Source: Polyangiales bacterium
GTDB taxonomy: Bacteria; Myxococcota_A; Polyangia; Polyangiales; Ga0077539
Reading direction: 5' to 3'
Assembly: GCA_044229975.1 (NCBI GenBank)
Contig: JBGARZ010000004.1
Span: 384,001-448,000 of the forward strand
Length of the DNA: 64,000 nucleotides
In this document: positions 38,987 through 48,858 of the stretch, piece after piece
Numbering within the stretch: position 1 is the first letter of the stretch
Layout: each line of letters opens with the position of its first letter
Made by a program: the position numbers and the translations under genes
The notes under the pieces: model-generated
Told to the model about the DNA's origin: nothing
The model's input: only the letters and a program-made list of their open reading frames with translations
Database searches by the model: none

Positions 38987-40185
38987 CGGGGCACCACGCA
39001 GCGGAAGCCGCTGAGGTTCGTCCCGCCGATGACGGCCACGTACGCCGAGATCAGGTAGCGGCCCGCGAGGGCGCCGTCGCCCACGGCGCCGCCGTATCGG
39101 ATGGCCGTGGGGACACCGCGCCAGAGCATGTTGTTGGAGCGCCCGCCGAAGTTGTAGACGTTGTAGGTCCTGGCCTGGTTGACGGTGGCGACCTCGGGCC
39201 AGACGTTTTCGTAGGGGACGCGAAACCCGATGGACCACTGGTCGGTCCACTCGATCGCGTTGCCGATGAGGTCTTCGGCGCCGTACGCGCTGCGACACGA
39301 GGGGCCGAGGCCGGTGGCGCGGACGGCGGTCCCATTGGTGCGGCAGCGACCGCTGCTGCCGTCGTCGCCCCCGGGGTCGAGGGTGCCGCGCGCTGCGAGG
39401 TAGAGCTCACCCAGGGTCGCGAGGCGCTTGCCGGAGGCGTGGCACGCGACCATGGCCTGGAGCTGCGTGGTGTGCCGCGAGGGCAACACCCCGGTGCGGC
39501 TGAAGGCGTACTCCAGCGCGCTGCCGCTGGCGTCGTCGAGGAAGCCCGCGACGTGGTCGGTGGGCGTCGCGTAGGCGTTTTCGGGCGCTGGCCCGACGAG
39601 GCCGGTCTGTCGCCCGGAGCCGTCGGCGTTTTCCCAGAGGCTCGCCTCGTAGCGATCGACCCAGAACGCCGAGGTGCCGGTGCCAACGCGGACCACCTCG
39701 TCCGACGCGCCGCCCGCCAGCGGTCGCGTGCAGCGCACCTGAACGGCGCTGCCGGGGTCGCGGGCATAGCCCAGCGGACACTCCGGGACGCCCGCCCGCT
39801 CGGCGTAGTGGGCGTAGGCGACGGGGTTCACCGCGGCGCCCGTGATGAGCATCGTGGTGCCGAGGGAGACGTCGTAGGTCACGTCGCTGCCGTCGAAGAG
39901 GGACGCGGGGCACTCGCTGGTCGGGAGGTCGGCCTCGAAGTCACCGTCGGCCGCGACGGCGACGTCGACGGTCGCCGAGCAGCGCGACGCGCCGCCGGAA
40001 AAGAACGTGAACTGGAGGCGCTGCGTCCCCGTGGCGCCCGTCAGACGACCCCGGAGGGCGAGGCCCGCGCGGGTCTCTGCCCCCGTGATGGCCTGCGCCC
40101 GGCGCTCGACCGCCAGCACCCCGAGGGCGCTCAGCGCCGCCACGACCGCCCCCTGCACCCACAACGAACGCCACGCGCCCGTCAT
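38983..40185 (-). CDS. Exported FGE-sulfatase/C-type-lectin-fold protein, paralogue 1
   Basis: FWVDRYEAS, ACHASGKRL, DLIGNAIEW, GFRC; ATGA overlap. Confidence 0.85.
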   Translation of the reverse strand: MTGAWRSLWVQGAVVAALSALGVLAVERRAQAITGAETRAGLALRGRLTGATGTQRLQFTFFSGGASRCSATVDVAVAADGDFEADLPTSECPASLFDGSDVTYDVSLGTTMLITGAAVNPVAYAHYAERAGVPECPLGYARDPGSAVQVRCTRPLAGGASDEVVRVGTGTSAFWVDRYEASLWENADGSGRQTGLVGPAPENAYATPTDHVAGFLDDASGSALEYAFSRTGVLPSRHTTQLQAMVACHASGKRLATLGELYLAARGTLDPGGDDGSSGRCRTNGTAVRATGLGPSCRSAYGAEDLIGNAIEWTDQWSIGFRVPYENVWPEVATVNQARTYNVYNFGGRSNNMLWRGVPTAIRYGGAVGDGALAGRYLISAYVAVIGGTNLSGFRCVVPR

Positions 40186-40778
40186 CGGAGCCACCCCCGG
40201 AGGGTCACGCCATCGCTCGTCCCGCTGACGCGGGCGTGCCAGGTCATCCGCAGCTGCAAGCGCACCGAGCCCGCGGAGCCCGCGGCCGCCGAGCTCACGA
40301 AGTCGCCCGTCATCAACGGACCCGCATCGGGAACGATCAACACATCGGGCACATCGGGCACATCGGGCACATCGGGCACATCGGGCACATCGGGCACATC
40401 GGGCACATCGACGACGGGCGGCACATCGACGACGGGCGCGTCGCGCACGTCGACGCCGGGGGCATCAAGGGTCGACGAAACGTCGGGCGTTGCGGTCGCG
40501 TCGATTGCTTCGGGGACATCAGGGACATCGGGCACATCAGGGGCGTCGGCGGCGTCGGTCGCGTCCACGACGGCGACCTCCGTGACGTCGATCGCGGCGT
40601 CGGACTGCGCGTCGATGACGGGCGCGTCGGTGGTGCTCGTCCCACCATCCACGGGTGAATCGATGGTGACGGTGGGCACGTCGGTCGCGCCGCCTGCGTC
40701 GCCCACGTCGGCGCCCGGCTTCAACGAAAAGCAGCCTGTGAGGGCGACCACGATCACCATGCCGCACCGCGGACTCAT
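40182..40778 (-). CDS. Asp/Val/Pro-rich lipoprotein
   Basis: Lipobox LTG-C; (DVP)n linker; coupled to the first FGE paralogue. Confidence 0.75.
   Translation of the reverse strand: MSPRCGMVIVVALTGCFSLKPGADVGDAGGATDVPTVTIDSPVDGGTSTTDAPVIDAQSDAAIDVTEVAVVDATDAADAPDVPDVPDVPEAIDATATPDVSSTLDAPGVDVRDAPVVDVPPVVDVPDVPDVPDVPDVPDVPDVPDVLIVPDAGPLMTGDFVSSAAAGSAGSVRLQLRMTWHARVSGTSDGVTLRGWLR
40341..40410. repeat. 9-bp tandem repeat (CACATCGGG)x7 plus partial
   Basis: Perfect repeat encoding DVP on the minus strand. Confidence 0.95.
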
Positions 40779-40880
40779 CTCACCCTCCCGGTGTTCATCG
40801 TGGTTCCGCTGATGTGAGGCTATCTCCCCAACCCCATGCGGCGTCAAGAGAATCAGGAAGAAGGGAGATGCACGGGATGG

Positions 40881-41807
40881 TCAGCGGGTGAAGCGGTACC
40901 AGCCGAAGGACGCGCGCTCCAGCGAGCCGTCCTTGAGCATGGCCTTCACTCGCGCGGGGGTGTGACCCATCGCCTTCAACTCGGCCATCGTGTGCTCCGG
41001 AGCGGGAGCCGGAGCGGCGACTACGATGGGCGCGGCGGGCTTCTTCGCGACGGGCTTCTTCGCGGCGGTCTTCTTCTTCGCGGGTGGTGGCGGTGGTGAC
41101 CCGCCGAGGTCGATGCCGAAGATGTCCGACAGCGTGGCGTCGTCGGCCTGTAGCGCCGCGCGCACGCTGCCCTTCTTGGTGACCTTGGCGGTGGCCTCTT
41201 CGACGAGGTCGAGGTGGCTCACGCCGCGCAGCGTGAAGAGCATCTCGGGCTTCGTGTCGAGGCGCGCGCCGACGCCGTAGAGCACCGCCGCGCAGTGCTT
41301 GCAGAGCGACGCCCAGTCGGGGCACGAGCACTTGAACTTCACCTCGCCCGCGAGCGGGATGAGCCCTGTTCCGGGGTGGGCGATGACGTCCATGACGGCG
41401 TCGGAGAGCTTGCCCTGGAGCAGCGACAGCGCCGACCCGACCTTGCCCGCGCACTGCGCGCGGACGGCCTTCCACTTCGCCTCCGTCAACGGCGCGATGG
41501 TGATGCGAACGTCGTACAGCTCCGACCCGCTGACCACGGCGTTGAGCTCGCCCTTCGTGATGCCGAGGTGCACCACGCTGCCGTTGCGGGCGTAGGTGCG
41601 GCCGCGCGGCAGGCGGTTGGCGAAGTCGGCCTGCTTCTCCAGCGCGTCGCACCAGCGCTTGCCCCACGCGCTGCGGGCGATGGTGCGGCCCTCGATGACC
41701 ACGGGCTCGACGACGAGGCCCTTCTTCGCGCGCTTCTGCATCGCCGCGGCGGCATCCTTGCGACGCTGCGCGACCGGAACATACGGTCGCCACTCGAAGT
41801 AGCTCAT
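40881..41807 (-). CDS. SWIM zinc-finger protein
   Basis: NRLPRGRTYARNG; CSCPDWASLCKH; LFTLRGV. Confidence 0.9.
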   Translation of the reverse strand: MSYFEWRPYVPVAQRRKDAAAAMQKRAKKGLVVEPVVIEGRTIARSAWGKRWCDALEKQADFANRLPRGRTYARNGSVVHLGITKGELNAVVSGSELYDVRITIAPLTEAKWKAVRAQCAGKVGSALSLLQGKLSDAVMDVIAHPGTGLIPLAGEVKFKCSCPDWASLCKHCAAVLYGVGARLDTKPEMLFTLRGVSHLDLVEEATAKVTKKGSVRAALQADDATLSDIFGIDLGGSPPPPPAKKKTAAKKPVAKKPAAPIVVAAPAPAPEHTMAELKAMGHTPARVKAMLKDGSLERASFGWYRFTR

Positions 41808-41852
41808 GGGCCGCGAGGAGAGCTCTCGCGAGGCAGGGGCGTCAAGGGGCGG

Positions 41853-44603
41853 TCACTCCTCCAGCGCCCGCGCGAGGTCGAGCGACACCGTCTTCAGCAG
41901 CTCCGCGTCGGTCATCGACGTGAGCATCGCGGCGCCGCCGTCGCCCGCCGACGAGAGCAGGGCATCGGCCACCGCGCGCTTCTCGGTGAGCATGGCGTCG
42001 ATGCGCTCTTCGAGGGTTCCGCGGCAGACGAAGCGGTGCACCAGAACGTTGCGGCGCTGGCCGATGCGGTACGCGCGGTCGGTGGCCTGGTTCTCGACGG
42101 CGGGGTTCCACCAGCGGTCGAAGTGCACGACGTGCTGCGCGGCCGTGAGGTTGAGCCCTGTCCCACCGGCCTTCAGCGACAGCACGAAGAAGGGCACCGC
42201 CGGGTCTTCCTGAAAGGTCTTCACCAGCTTCGCGCGCTTCGCCACCGGGGTCGCGCCGTGCAGCACCAGCCCCGGCGCGCCAAACACCGTCCCCAGAAAC
42301 TCCGCCAGCGGTGCGGTCATCTCCTGAAACTGCGTGAACACCAGCGCCTTCTCCCCGCGCTCGGCGATCACCTCCGCGATCTCCCTCAGCCGCGTGAACT
42401 TCCCGCTATCGGTTGGCGCCCAGAGCCCGTCACCGGTGAGCTGCGAGGGGTGGTTGCACACCTGCTTGAAGCGCATGAGCGCCGCGAGCACCACGCCGCG
42501 CCGCTTCGTCTCACCGTCCCCCGCGATGGAGTCCATGGCCTCGCGAAGCTCGTCGACCACGGCTGAGTAGAGCTTCGCCTGGGTAGAAGTGAGCGCGCAG
42601 TACGCGGTGAGCTCGGTCTTGTCGGGGAGGTCGGCGACGACGGAGCGATCGGTCTTCAGTCGACGCAGCATCCACGGTCGTACCAGCGCGCGCACGGGTG
42701 CCCACGCACCGGCGCCGGACTCCGTCGCGCGGCGGGCGATGGCGCTGAAGGCCTTCGCGGTACCGAGCAGTCCCGGTTGCAGGAAGTCGAAGAGGGACCA
42801 GAGGTCGCCGGCGCGGTTTTCGACGGGCGTTCCGGTGAGCGCGAGGCGCGCGCGGGCCGCGACGGACTTCACGGCGCGGGTCTGTCGGGTGTCGGCGTTC
42901 TTGATGGCCTGGGCCTCGTCGAGGACGAGGAGGTTCCAGGTGGTGGAGCGCAGCCAGGCGATGCGGGTGAGCGTGCCGTAGGTGGTGAGGACGACGTCGA
43001 CGTGGTCGAGCGGGGGGCCGTCGTCGAGCTGCGCGCGGGGCATGGTGGAGGGGTGCGCGATGGTCACGCGCAGCGACGGGGCGAAGCGCTCGAACTCGCT
43101 CTTCCAGTTGCCCAGCAGCGACGCCGGGACCACCAGCAGGTGCGGCGGAGACTTCTCCTTGCGCGCGCGTTGTCGCTTCTCCAGCACGAGGAGCGCGATG
43201 ACCTGAACCGTCTTCCCGAGGCCCATGTCGTCGGCGAGACATCCGCCCAGGCCCAGGCTCGTCACGAACCATAGCCACCGCAGACCTTCGCTCTGGTACG
43301 GGCGCAGCGTCGCGCGCAGCTCAGCGCCAGGGTCGGTGTCGCCGAGTCGCGCCGGATCACGCAGCCCCGCGAGCATCTCGCGCAACCACGGTCCTGCCTC
43401 GACGCGCTGCCAGCTCGCGGCTTCGTCGGCTGCATCGTCGGTCGTCGCGGTGGTGTTGGACGCGCCCGCGAGGAGTCGCAGCCCCTCGTGAAATGGAACA
43501 CCGTGACGCGCGTCGCGTTGGAGCGAGCGCCAGCGATCGAGCACCTCCTTGAGGCGATCGTGGTCGACCTCCACCCATCGACCGCGCAAGAGGACGAGGC
43601 CCGAGGCGTGGCGGAGCGAGGCGATCTCCTCGTCGGTGAGAATGGTGTCGTCGTCGAGCGCGACGGAGACGTTGAAGTCGAGCAGGGCGTCGGCGCCGAC
43701 GTGCGATTTGCCGGTGGTGCCGACCGAGACCTGAACGCGCGGACGCGGCGGATGCTGCGGTTTCCACCAGTCGGGCAGGCGAACGATGACGCCCGCTTCT
43801 TCGCAGGACTGCACCTGCTTCAAGAACGCGTGGGCTTCGGCGGGGGTCCAGGCGAGGGGGTGGAAGATCTCCTCGGAGTCGACGAGGGCGCGGATGAAGG
43901 GTGAGCGTTCGGCGGCGCGCTCGACGGGCGCGAGGAGCGCGGCGAGGCGGGTGCGGTCGCGGGCGCCGGCGTACTCCTGGAGGGCGCGCCCGAGGGGGAG
44001 GTGCTGGACGGTGGCGGCGGCGGTGACGCCGGCGGTGTAGGTGGCGAGGAAGGCGAAGGGGTGGGCGTCGTCGCGCTTGCGCTCGGCGAGGTGGAAGCAG
44101 ACGCGGCCGACGGTGTTCCAGAGGGGGCTGTGGGCGCGGAGCCAGTCGAGCGCGGGGCCTGTGTGGGCCGTGAGCGCGGCGCGGGCGGCGCGGGTGAGCG
44201 CGTGCCAGCGGTGGGTGATCCAGTCGGCGGAGGCGTGCTCGGCGCCGGGCATCGGGGGGACGCGGGCGAGGAGCGCGGCGACGGTGTCGGGGGAGAGCGG
44301 GACGTCGAGGTGGGCGCGGTCGGCGTCGAGGTCGGGGAGCGCGCAGAGGCGGGTGACGAAGGCGCGGGCGAGGTCGCGGAGCCAGGCGTAGCTGGCAGGG
44401 AGCGCGGTCGCGGGCTCGGCAGCGCCGAGGAGCAGGTGGGCGTGGTCGACGCCGTGGGCGAAGTGGCGGGCGAGGCGACGGGCGGTGGGCTCGTCGGGGG
44501 CGGCGGGCTCATGGGGCGCGGAGGGGCGGAGGTAGAAGGACCCGTCGGGTGCGAGCACGGGGACGAGCGAGGAGGGCGGGGGAGGGGGCTTGGCGGGGGT
44601 CAT
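41853..44603 (-). CDS. SNF2-family helicase/ATPase
   Basis: LADDMGLGKT, LDEAQAIKN, LTGTPVEN, SLKAGGTGLNL, QATDRAYRIGQ; start uncertain (44603-44705). Confidence 0.95.
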   Translation of the reverse strand: MTPAKPPPPPSSLVPVLAPDGSFYLRPSAPHEPAAPDEPTARRLARHFAHGVDHAHLLLGAAEPATALPASYAWLRDLARAFVTRLCALPDLDADRAHLDVPLSPDTVAALLARVPPMPGAEHASADWITHRWHALTRAARAALTAHTGPALDWLRAHSPLWNTVGRVCFHLAERKRDDAHPFAFLATYTAGVTAAATVQHLPLGRALQEYAGARDRTRLAALLAPVERAAERSPFIRALVDSEEIFHPLAWTPAEAHAFLKQVQSCEEAGVIVRLPDWWKPQHPPRPRVQVSVGTTGKSHVGADALLDFNVSVALDDDTILTDEEIASLRHASGLVLLRGRWVEVDHDRLKEVLDRWRSLQRDARHGVPFHEGLRLLAGASNTTATTDDAADEAASWQRVEAGPWLREMLAGLRDPARLGDTDPGAELRATLRPYQSEGLRWLWFVTSLGLGGCLADDMGLGKTVQVIALLVLEKRQRARKEKSPPHLLVVPASLLGNWKSEFERFAPSLRVTIAHPSTMPRAQLDDGPPLDHVDVVLTTYGTLTRIAWLRSTTWNLLVLDEAQAIKNADTRQTRAVKSVAARARLALTGTPVENRAGDLWSLFDFLQPGLLGTAKAFSAIARRATESGAGAWAPVRALVRPWMLRRLKTDRSVVADLPDKTELTAYCALTSTQAKLYSAVVDELREAMDSIAGDGETKRRGVVLAALMRFKQVCNHPSQLTGDGLWAPTDSGKFTRLREIAEVIAERGEKALVFTQFQEMTAPLAEFLGTVFGAPGLVLHGATPVAKRAKLVKTFQEDPAVPFFVLSLKAGGTGLNLTAAQHVVHFDRWWNPAVENQATDRAYRIGQRRNVLVHRFVCRGTLEERIDAMLTEKRAVADALLSSAGDGGAAMLTSMTDAELLKTVSLDLARALEE

Positions 44604-44750
44604 GGGCGGCGGGGTGGCGGGGACTGTGACATGCGAGGAGAGGAGGGAGGCGACGGCTGGGATGTTGGGAGACGGCGGGCGGATGGAAGCGGGAGCAGTC
44701 GGCACCCGATTCTAGGCTCTGGTTACTCTGTGCCCTGCCATTCGATCGCT

Positions 44751-45008
44751 TTACAACACTCGATATCGCCCGCGATCAAGTTGTTCGAACAGCGCATCGC
44801 CGGTTTGGGCGCACCTGCACGCTCCCTTGTTGGTGTGATTCCGACAGTGGTCGGATGGCAACACCCACGTCTGTTGAGACTCCAGCTCCGGGAATGCAGC
44901 CACGAGGGCAGCCCGGATATCCGCAGGAGTCACTTCCTGACCACGGAGCGAATGTATCGCTTGGGCCAGAGGGGCATGGAACTTACTGACAGCTTCCACG
45001 AAGCTCAT
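44751..45008 (-). CDS. Small hypothetical cassette protein
   Basis: 85 aa, LPSDHC.N..C.C..LFE..RGRY; follows attC 45113-45203. Confidence 0.65.
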   Translation of the reverse strand: MSFVEAVSKFHAPLAQAIHSLRGQEVTPADIRAALVAAFPELESQQTWVLPSDHCRNHTNKGACRCAQTGDALFEQLDRGRYRVL

Positions 45009-45112
45009 TGCTCGCCCCCGGGCATCGTTGATTGATTGAACTCCATATCGCCGCCCATTGCTCCGTTACCCTCCGCGATCATCTCGCTGCGTATCCGTGG
45101 CTCGCCATGGCT

Positions 45113-45203
45113 GCCCAACGGCTGGCCGATGTGCCGCCGCAATGAACCAGCCGTTCGTTCCTCTGGCCAAGCGTGAGCGGTCGGCACCATCGGCTTGTTA
45201 GGC
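45113..45203 (-). other. attC site 1 (91 bp)
   Basis: Minus strand GCCTAAC-AAGCCGATGGTGCCG...CGGCACATCGGCCAGCC-GTTGGGC. Confidence 0.85.
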
Positions 45204-45219
45204 TCCAACGACTGTGGAG

Positions 45220-45999
45220 TCATGCTTCTGGGATTCCCAAAGGAGTTTCACGAAGAAGTCTGGCGACTTGACCGTAGAGTTGCTCCCGCTGTTCGACCTT
45301 GTCTTTCCCATGATGAAGCCGTCGGTGGCAGCTAGGGCACAATGCCACCGCGTTTTCGACTGTGTCCGAGCCTCCGTGAGCCAGTTGTCGAACGTGATGG
45401 AGTTCGAAGTACGGTTCGTCGTCATTTGTCAGAAACGCAGACGGTGCGTGACACAGCTCGCATAGACCCTTCGCGTCGCCCAGCACCCAAGCCTTTACAA
45501 GTGGGCATCTTTCGTACGTAGCGCGGGTCGCAGACGAACGCTTCGCAGGCGTCTTTTGGCCTTTCGGCCGTGGCAAAGACAGCTTCCGCAGGCATTGAGC
45601 CCTCTTCTCGAATTCGACGACGTCGTCAGTAGGCAACTCCACGATCAACGGCGCCCGATGAAAGCCAGATACCTCGACTTTTCCAGTCCGATGCGATACA
45701 TGAAGTTTGCCGTTGCCAAGGGTGAGATTCCACCGCTTCCCTCCTGTTGCGGAGTCAGATAGCGTGTCTTCGACAAGGAGTTCGCTGGCGAGAGCGAAAG
45801 GAATCACATGATGGTCACGCGGATCATCTGACTTCGTCCTGTAAACCACTAGATTCGGTCCCGGTTGTGCTCTTGCCTTCGCCTGCTCGATTCTTCGCTG
45901 CAACGTCGCCGGAAAGACCGCAAACCAGTCAGTATTGGCAAGTACGACGTACTCCCCCCTCGCTTCGAGTTCGTCTTTGACTTCGTCGACCACGCTCAT
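45220..45999 (-). CDS. HNH endonuclease, McrA-like C-terminus
   Basis: CELC..F....PYFELHHV..L..GGSDTVENAVALCPSCHRRLH. Confidence 0.85.
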   Translation of the reverse strand: MSVVDEVKDELEARGEYVVLANTDWFAVFPATLQRRIEQAKARAQPGPNLVVYRTKSDDPRDHHVIPFALASELLVEDTLSDSATGGKRWNLTLGNGKLHVSHRTGKVEVSGFHRAPLIVELPTDDVVEFEKRAQCLRKLSLPRPKGQKTPAKRSSATRATYERCPLVKAWVLGDAKGLCELCHAPSAFLTNDDEPYFELHHVRQLAHGGSDTVENAVALCPSCHRRLHHGKDKVEQREQLYGQVARLLRETPLGIPEA

Positions 46000-46141
46000 G
46001 ATCCGCTCAGCTTTCTTGAACGCATGCGTAACTCTTTGGCGGCCAAATCGGTCATTGCCCCGGATCTCGCCGCTGCGGTCTTCCACTCGTGCTCGGACCG
46101 CGATCGGCTTCTCCATGGCTCGCCGTCGCTCGCGATGCGCT

Positions 46142-46232
46142 GCCTAACGGCTGGCCGATGTGCTGCCGCAGTGGGCGCGGCGGGTTGGTGACGGGTGCAG
46201 TGGGAGCGGTCGGCACCATCGGCTTGTTAGGC
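46142..46232 (-). other. attC site 2 (91 bp)
   Basis: Same outer arms as attC1, variable centre; RYYYAAC/GTTRRRY ends. Confidence 0.85.
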
Positions 46233-46267
46233 CAAAGCGCTCGAAGCCATCGCTGAAACACTGCAAG

Positions 46268-48622
46268 TTAGCCGGAGGTGATTTCTAGAAACGACCAAAA
46301 CGCAGGATGGATAGCGAAGATGGCATCGTCATCGCGGTAGTCCTTCGCGATCCAACGAAGTTTTTTCATGTCATAAAACACTGAGTACGAATACAGGATG
46401 CGCCCTCCATCCTCCAACTTGCGTTCGACGACCCCAAGGAACGAGAACCAGAGGAGAATTTCTAGCAGATTAGGGTACTCCTGTTCTGGAACGAGAGTCT
46501 CTCGAAAGCGCTCATAGATCTTCTTTAGTGTGAGGCGATAGGGCGCCCCAAGAAATGCATAAAGGATGTCATTCGCAAGAGGAAAGACGTCGCGAATTTC
46601 CAGCCCAACTTCGTTTCCAAGATCGGCCGAGTACTGGCTAACTGCCTTGTGAACATCATCCAAGGTAATCTTCGTGCGAGACATGTTGACTGCGTTGCTC
46701 TTGCAGTAATTTACCAAGTTAAGGAGGTTGCGTGGCCTCATTAGCGAGAGGTCGATAAGTCGATCGGCACTGCTCTCCCCATCAATGTGCGAAATCGCGA
46801 TCCGATTCCAGCTTTCATCAAAGCTATCAGTCGAAAAGAACCCCGCATTGGCGATGAATCGCCGCCGAAGCAGTTCCTTGAGGAGATCAGGATCAGTCCA
46901 GTCGAGCGAAACGCGGGACTCCTTCCCGCGATCGGGAGTCTGGTCGATGAGAATTTCGAACACGTCATTGCGCAGGAAGACGATTGTATGAACTTCCACT
47001 TTTCCGCGCGCCATGATCCGTTCGATGTCGCGGGTTGCCTCGAGAAGTCCACGTAGAATTACGATGTCGGAGGGCTGCACGCCGCGGGTGGGCCACCCTT
47101 TGTCGATATTGTCGAAGAGAATCCATGCATCTACTTTCAGCGAAAGATACTTGATGAGACGGTCTCGCAGCTTGCGGATGTCGTGGCGATAAACAAGGTG
47201 CGCAATATCCTGAGCATTTAGATTATTATTCGGAGCATGTTGAGATGCTGGACTGTCGCGAAAACGCTCCGTGATTTGCTGTACGAGCTTGAGCATGCGC
47301 TCTGAAAAGTCGCCTTCGCTAACATAGTCGTCCGCGGCATAGAGTTCTGCCAACTCCTGATATGCCTCGTAGAGATCCGTGTTTCCCATGTGGACCGAAC
47401 GGTCCTTCTCTAGCAGTTTGTGGCACAATTCCAAAAGCAACACATACTCCCAAAATGCCTTACAAATGTGTTCTTGGACCGCCTCACCAAAGAAACGAAG
47501 AAGCATGTCCTTGAAGTGCTTCAGCTGATAGCCCTCTGGCTTCAGATCGATAACGATGCGCTTTCGATTCGATCGGATCTTGTTTCGAACCTGGAAGAAC
47601 ATCGCCGTCTTCCCGGATCCCTTCCGGCCAACCACCAGTCGTACACTGCCGTTGACGGCCTTGCTGTAGTGGTCCGTGGGGAGGTAGTAGTCATCGAGGC
47701 GAGACATCTCGTTTTCCGCTGCCGATGCCCCCAGATCGAGGTTGCTCAGAAAGTTCGATGGCCCATCGACTGCAGTCTCGTCTGCATTCTGCAATCCCTC
47801 CATAACACGAGGGGCAAGTTCAGAAATGTATTTATCGATGTCACTTGGCTGCCTATATACGCTAACGAGGTCGCGATAGTCCAGCGGGACGGGATCGTCA
47901 GCCTCTTGAAGAAGAAGTAGTTCCTTTTCGAGGCCAGTCGCGAGGCCAGCAACGAACGCAGCTCGCCAGTTATTGATCTCGAAATCGGTCGATTCTCTGG
48001 ACAGCAAGTGAACAATGACTGCGATCGAAGCTGCTACCCCACGAAATGCCTCTGTCGTGGAAAGCCGTGGCTGCTCCAATGGATCGAAGTTACGAAACAA
48101 GATCTTGGACTTCTTGATCTTAGCGATCGTCCGAATTGAAGCATCGGTCTTCTGGGTCGCCTCAACCACGAAGATCGGCGCCTTCCTATCGATCGGAGTA
48201 TCCGGAAATTTAGCGGGCTCTACGCTCCGAAGTTGGTCGAGAGCCTTCGCGAGTTGCATGGAGTTCGCGTATGCTTGGTAACCGAGAGTATCGAAAACAC
48301 CAAGTCTATTGAGCTCCTTGAGTTGCGGCTGGAGAGCGGAGTTGAGGGTTAGAAACACTCGCTTTTTCCTGCCAATGGCGTAGCCAGCTTCGTAACAGAC
48401 GTTGAAGTTGAGTCGCGTGATGTCAGCGACTACAAAGTCAGCGCGGTCGATTTTTTCGAGGATTGCATCGATGATAAAATGACCAGGGATATCCAACTGG
48501 CGCCAGGTTTCGACGCCATCCCATTGCGCTTGGCTGCGCAAGGTCTGAACGGCAGCTTCGATTGCCTGGCCGATCTGCGCTGGCGCTGAGGCATAGGCTA
48601 CGAAAACCTTAGTTGACTTCAT
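46268..48622 (-). CDS. NDT/TIR-like domains fused to a P-loop ATPase (Sll1717-like); putative defence protein
   Basis: ADFVVADIT..NFNVCYEAGYAIG; Walker A GRKGSGKT; Walker B WILFDNID; FLRND; RPR; visibly lower GC. Confidence 0.8.
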   Translation of the reverse strand: MKSTKVFVAYASAPAQIGQAIEAAVQTLRSQAQWDGVETWRQLDIPGHFIIDAILEKIDRADFVVADITRLNFNVCYEAGYAIGRKKRVFLTLNSALQPQLKELNRLGVFDTLGYQAYANSMQLAKALDQLRSVEPAKFPDTPIDRKAPIFVVEATQKTDASIRTIAKIKKSKILFRNFDPLEQPRLSTTEAFRGVAASIAVIVHLLSRESTDFEINNWRAAFVAGLATGLEKELLLLQEADDPVPLDYRDLVSVYRQPSDIDKYISELAPRVMEGLQNADETAVDGPSNFLSNLDLGASAAENEMSRLDDYYLPTDHYSKAVNGSVRLVVGRKGSGKTAMFFQVRNKIRSNRKRIVIDLKPEGYQLKHFKDMLLRFFGEAVQEHICKAFWEYVLLLELCHKLLEKDRSVHMGNTDLYEAYQELAELYAADDYVSEGDFSERMLKLVQQITERFRDSPASQHAPNNNLNAQDIAHLVYRHDIRKLRDRLIKYLSLKVDAWILFDNIDKGWPTRGVQPSDIVILRGLLEATRDIERIMARGKVEVHTIVFLRNDVFEILIDQTPDRGKESRVSLDWTDPDLLKELLRRRFIANAGFFSTDSFDESWNRIAISHIDGESSADRLIDLSLMRPRNLLNLVNYCKSNAVNMSRTKITLDDVHKAVSQYSADLGNEVGLEIRDVFPLANDILYAFLGAPYRLTLKKIYERFRETLVPEQEYPNLLEILLWFSFLGVVERKLEDGGRILYSYSVFYDMKKLRWIAKDYRDDDAIFAIHPAFWSFLEITSG

Positions 48623-48767
48623 AGTCTGTACAACTCCTTTGCGTTGACTAATTGCACTGGCGGTGGTGAGTAAACAACAATGCGATGGCTTCTAGTTGTC
48701 GTTCGGCATTCAACAGCAGTTTTTCCTGGCCCTCGTCTTGCTCTCGACGTCCGGCCTTCTGTTGACG

Positions 48768-48858
48768 GCCTAACGGCCTGCCGATGTGCCGCCGCATTGG
48801 GCACGGTGGATTGGCAGCGGGTGAAGTGGAGGCGGTCGGCACCATCGGCTTGTTAGAC
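48768..48858 (-). other. attC site 3 (91 bp)
   Basis: Minus strand GTCTAAC-AAGCCGATGGTGCCG...CGGCACATCGGCAGGCC-GTTAGGC. Confidence 0.85.

Noticed and set aside
36636..40185. Complete diversity-generating retroelement
   Set aside because: No reverse transcriptase, Avd or template repeat in the window.
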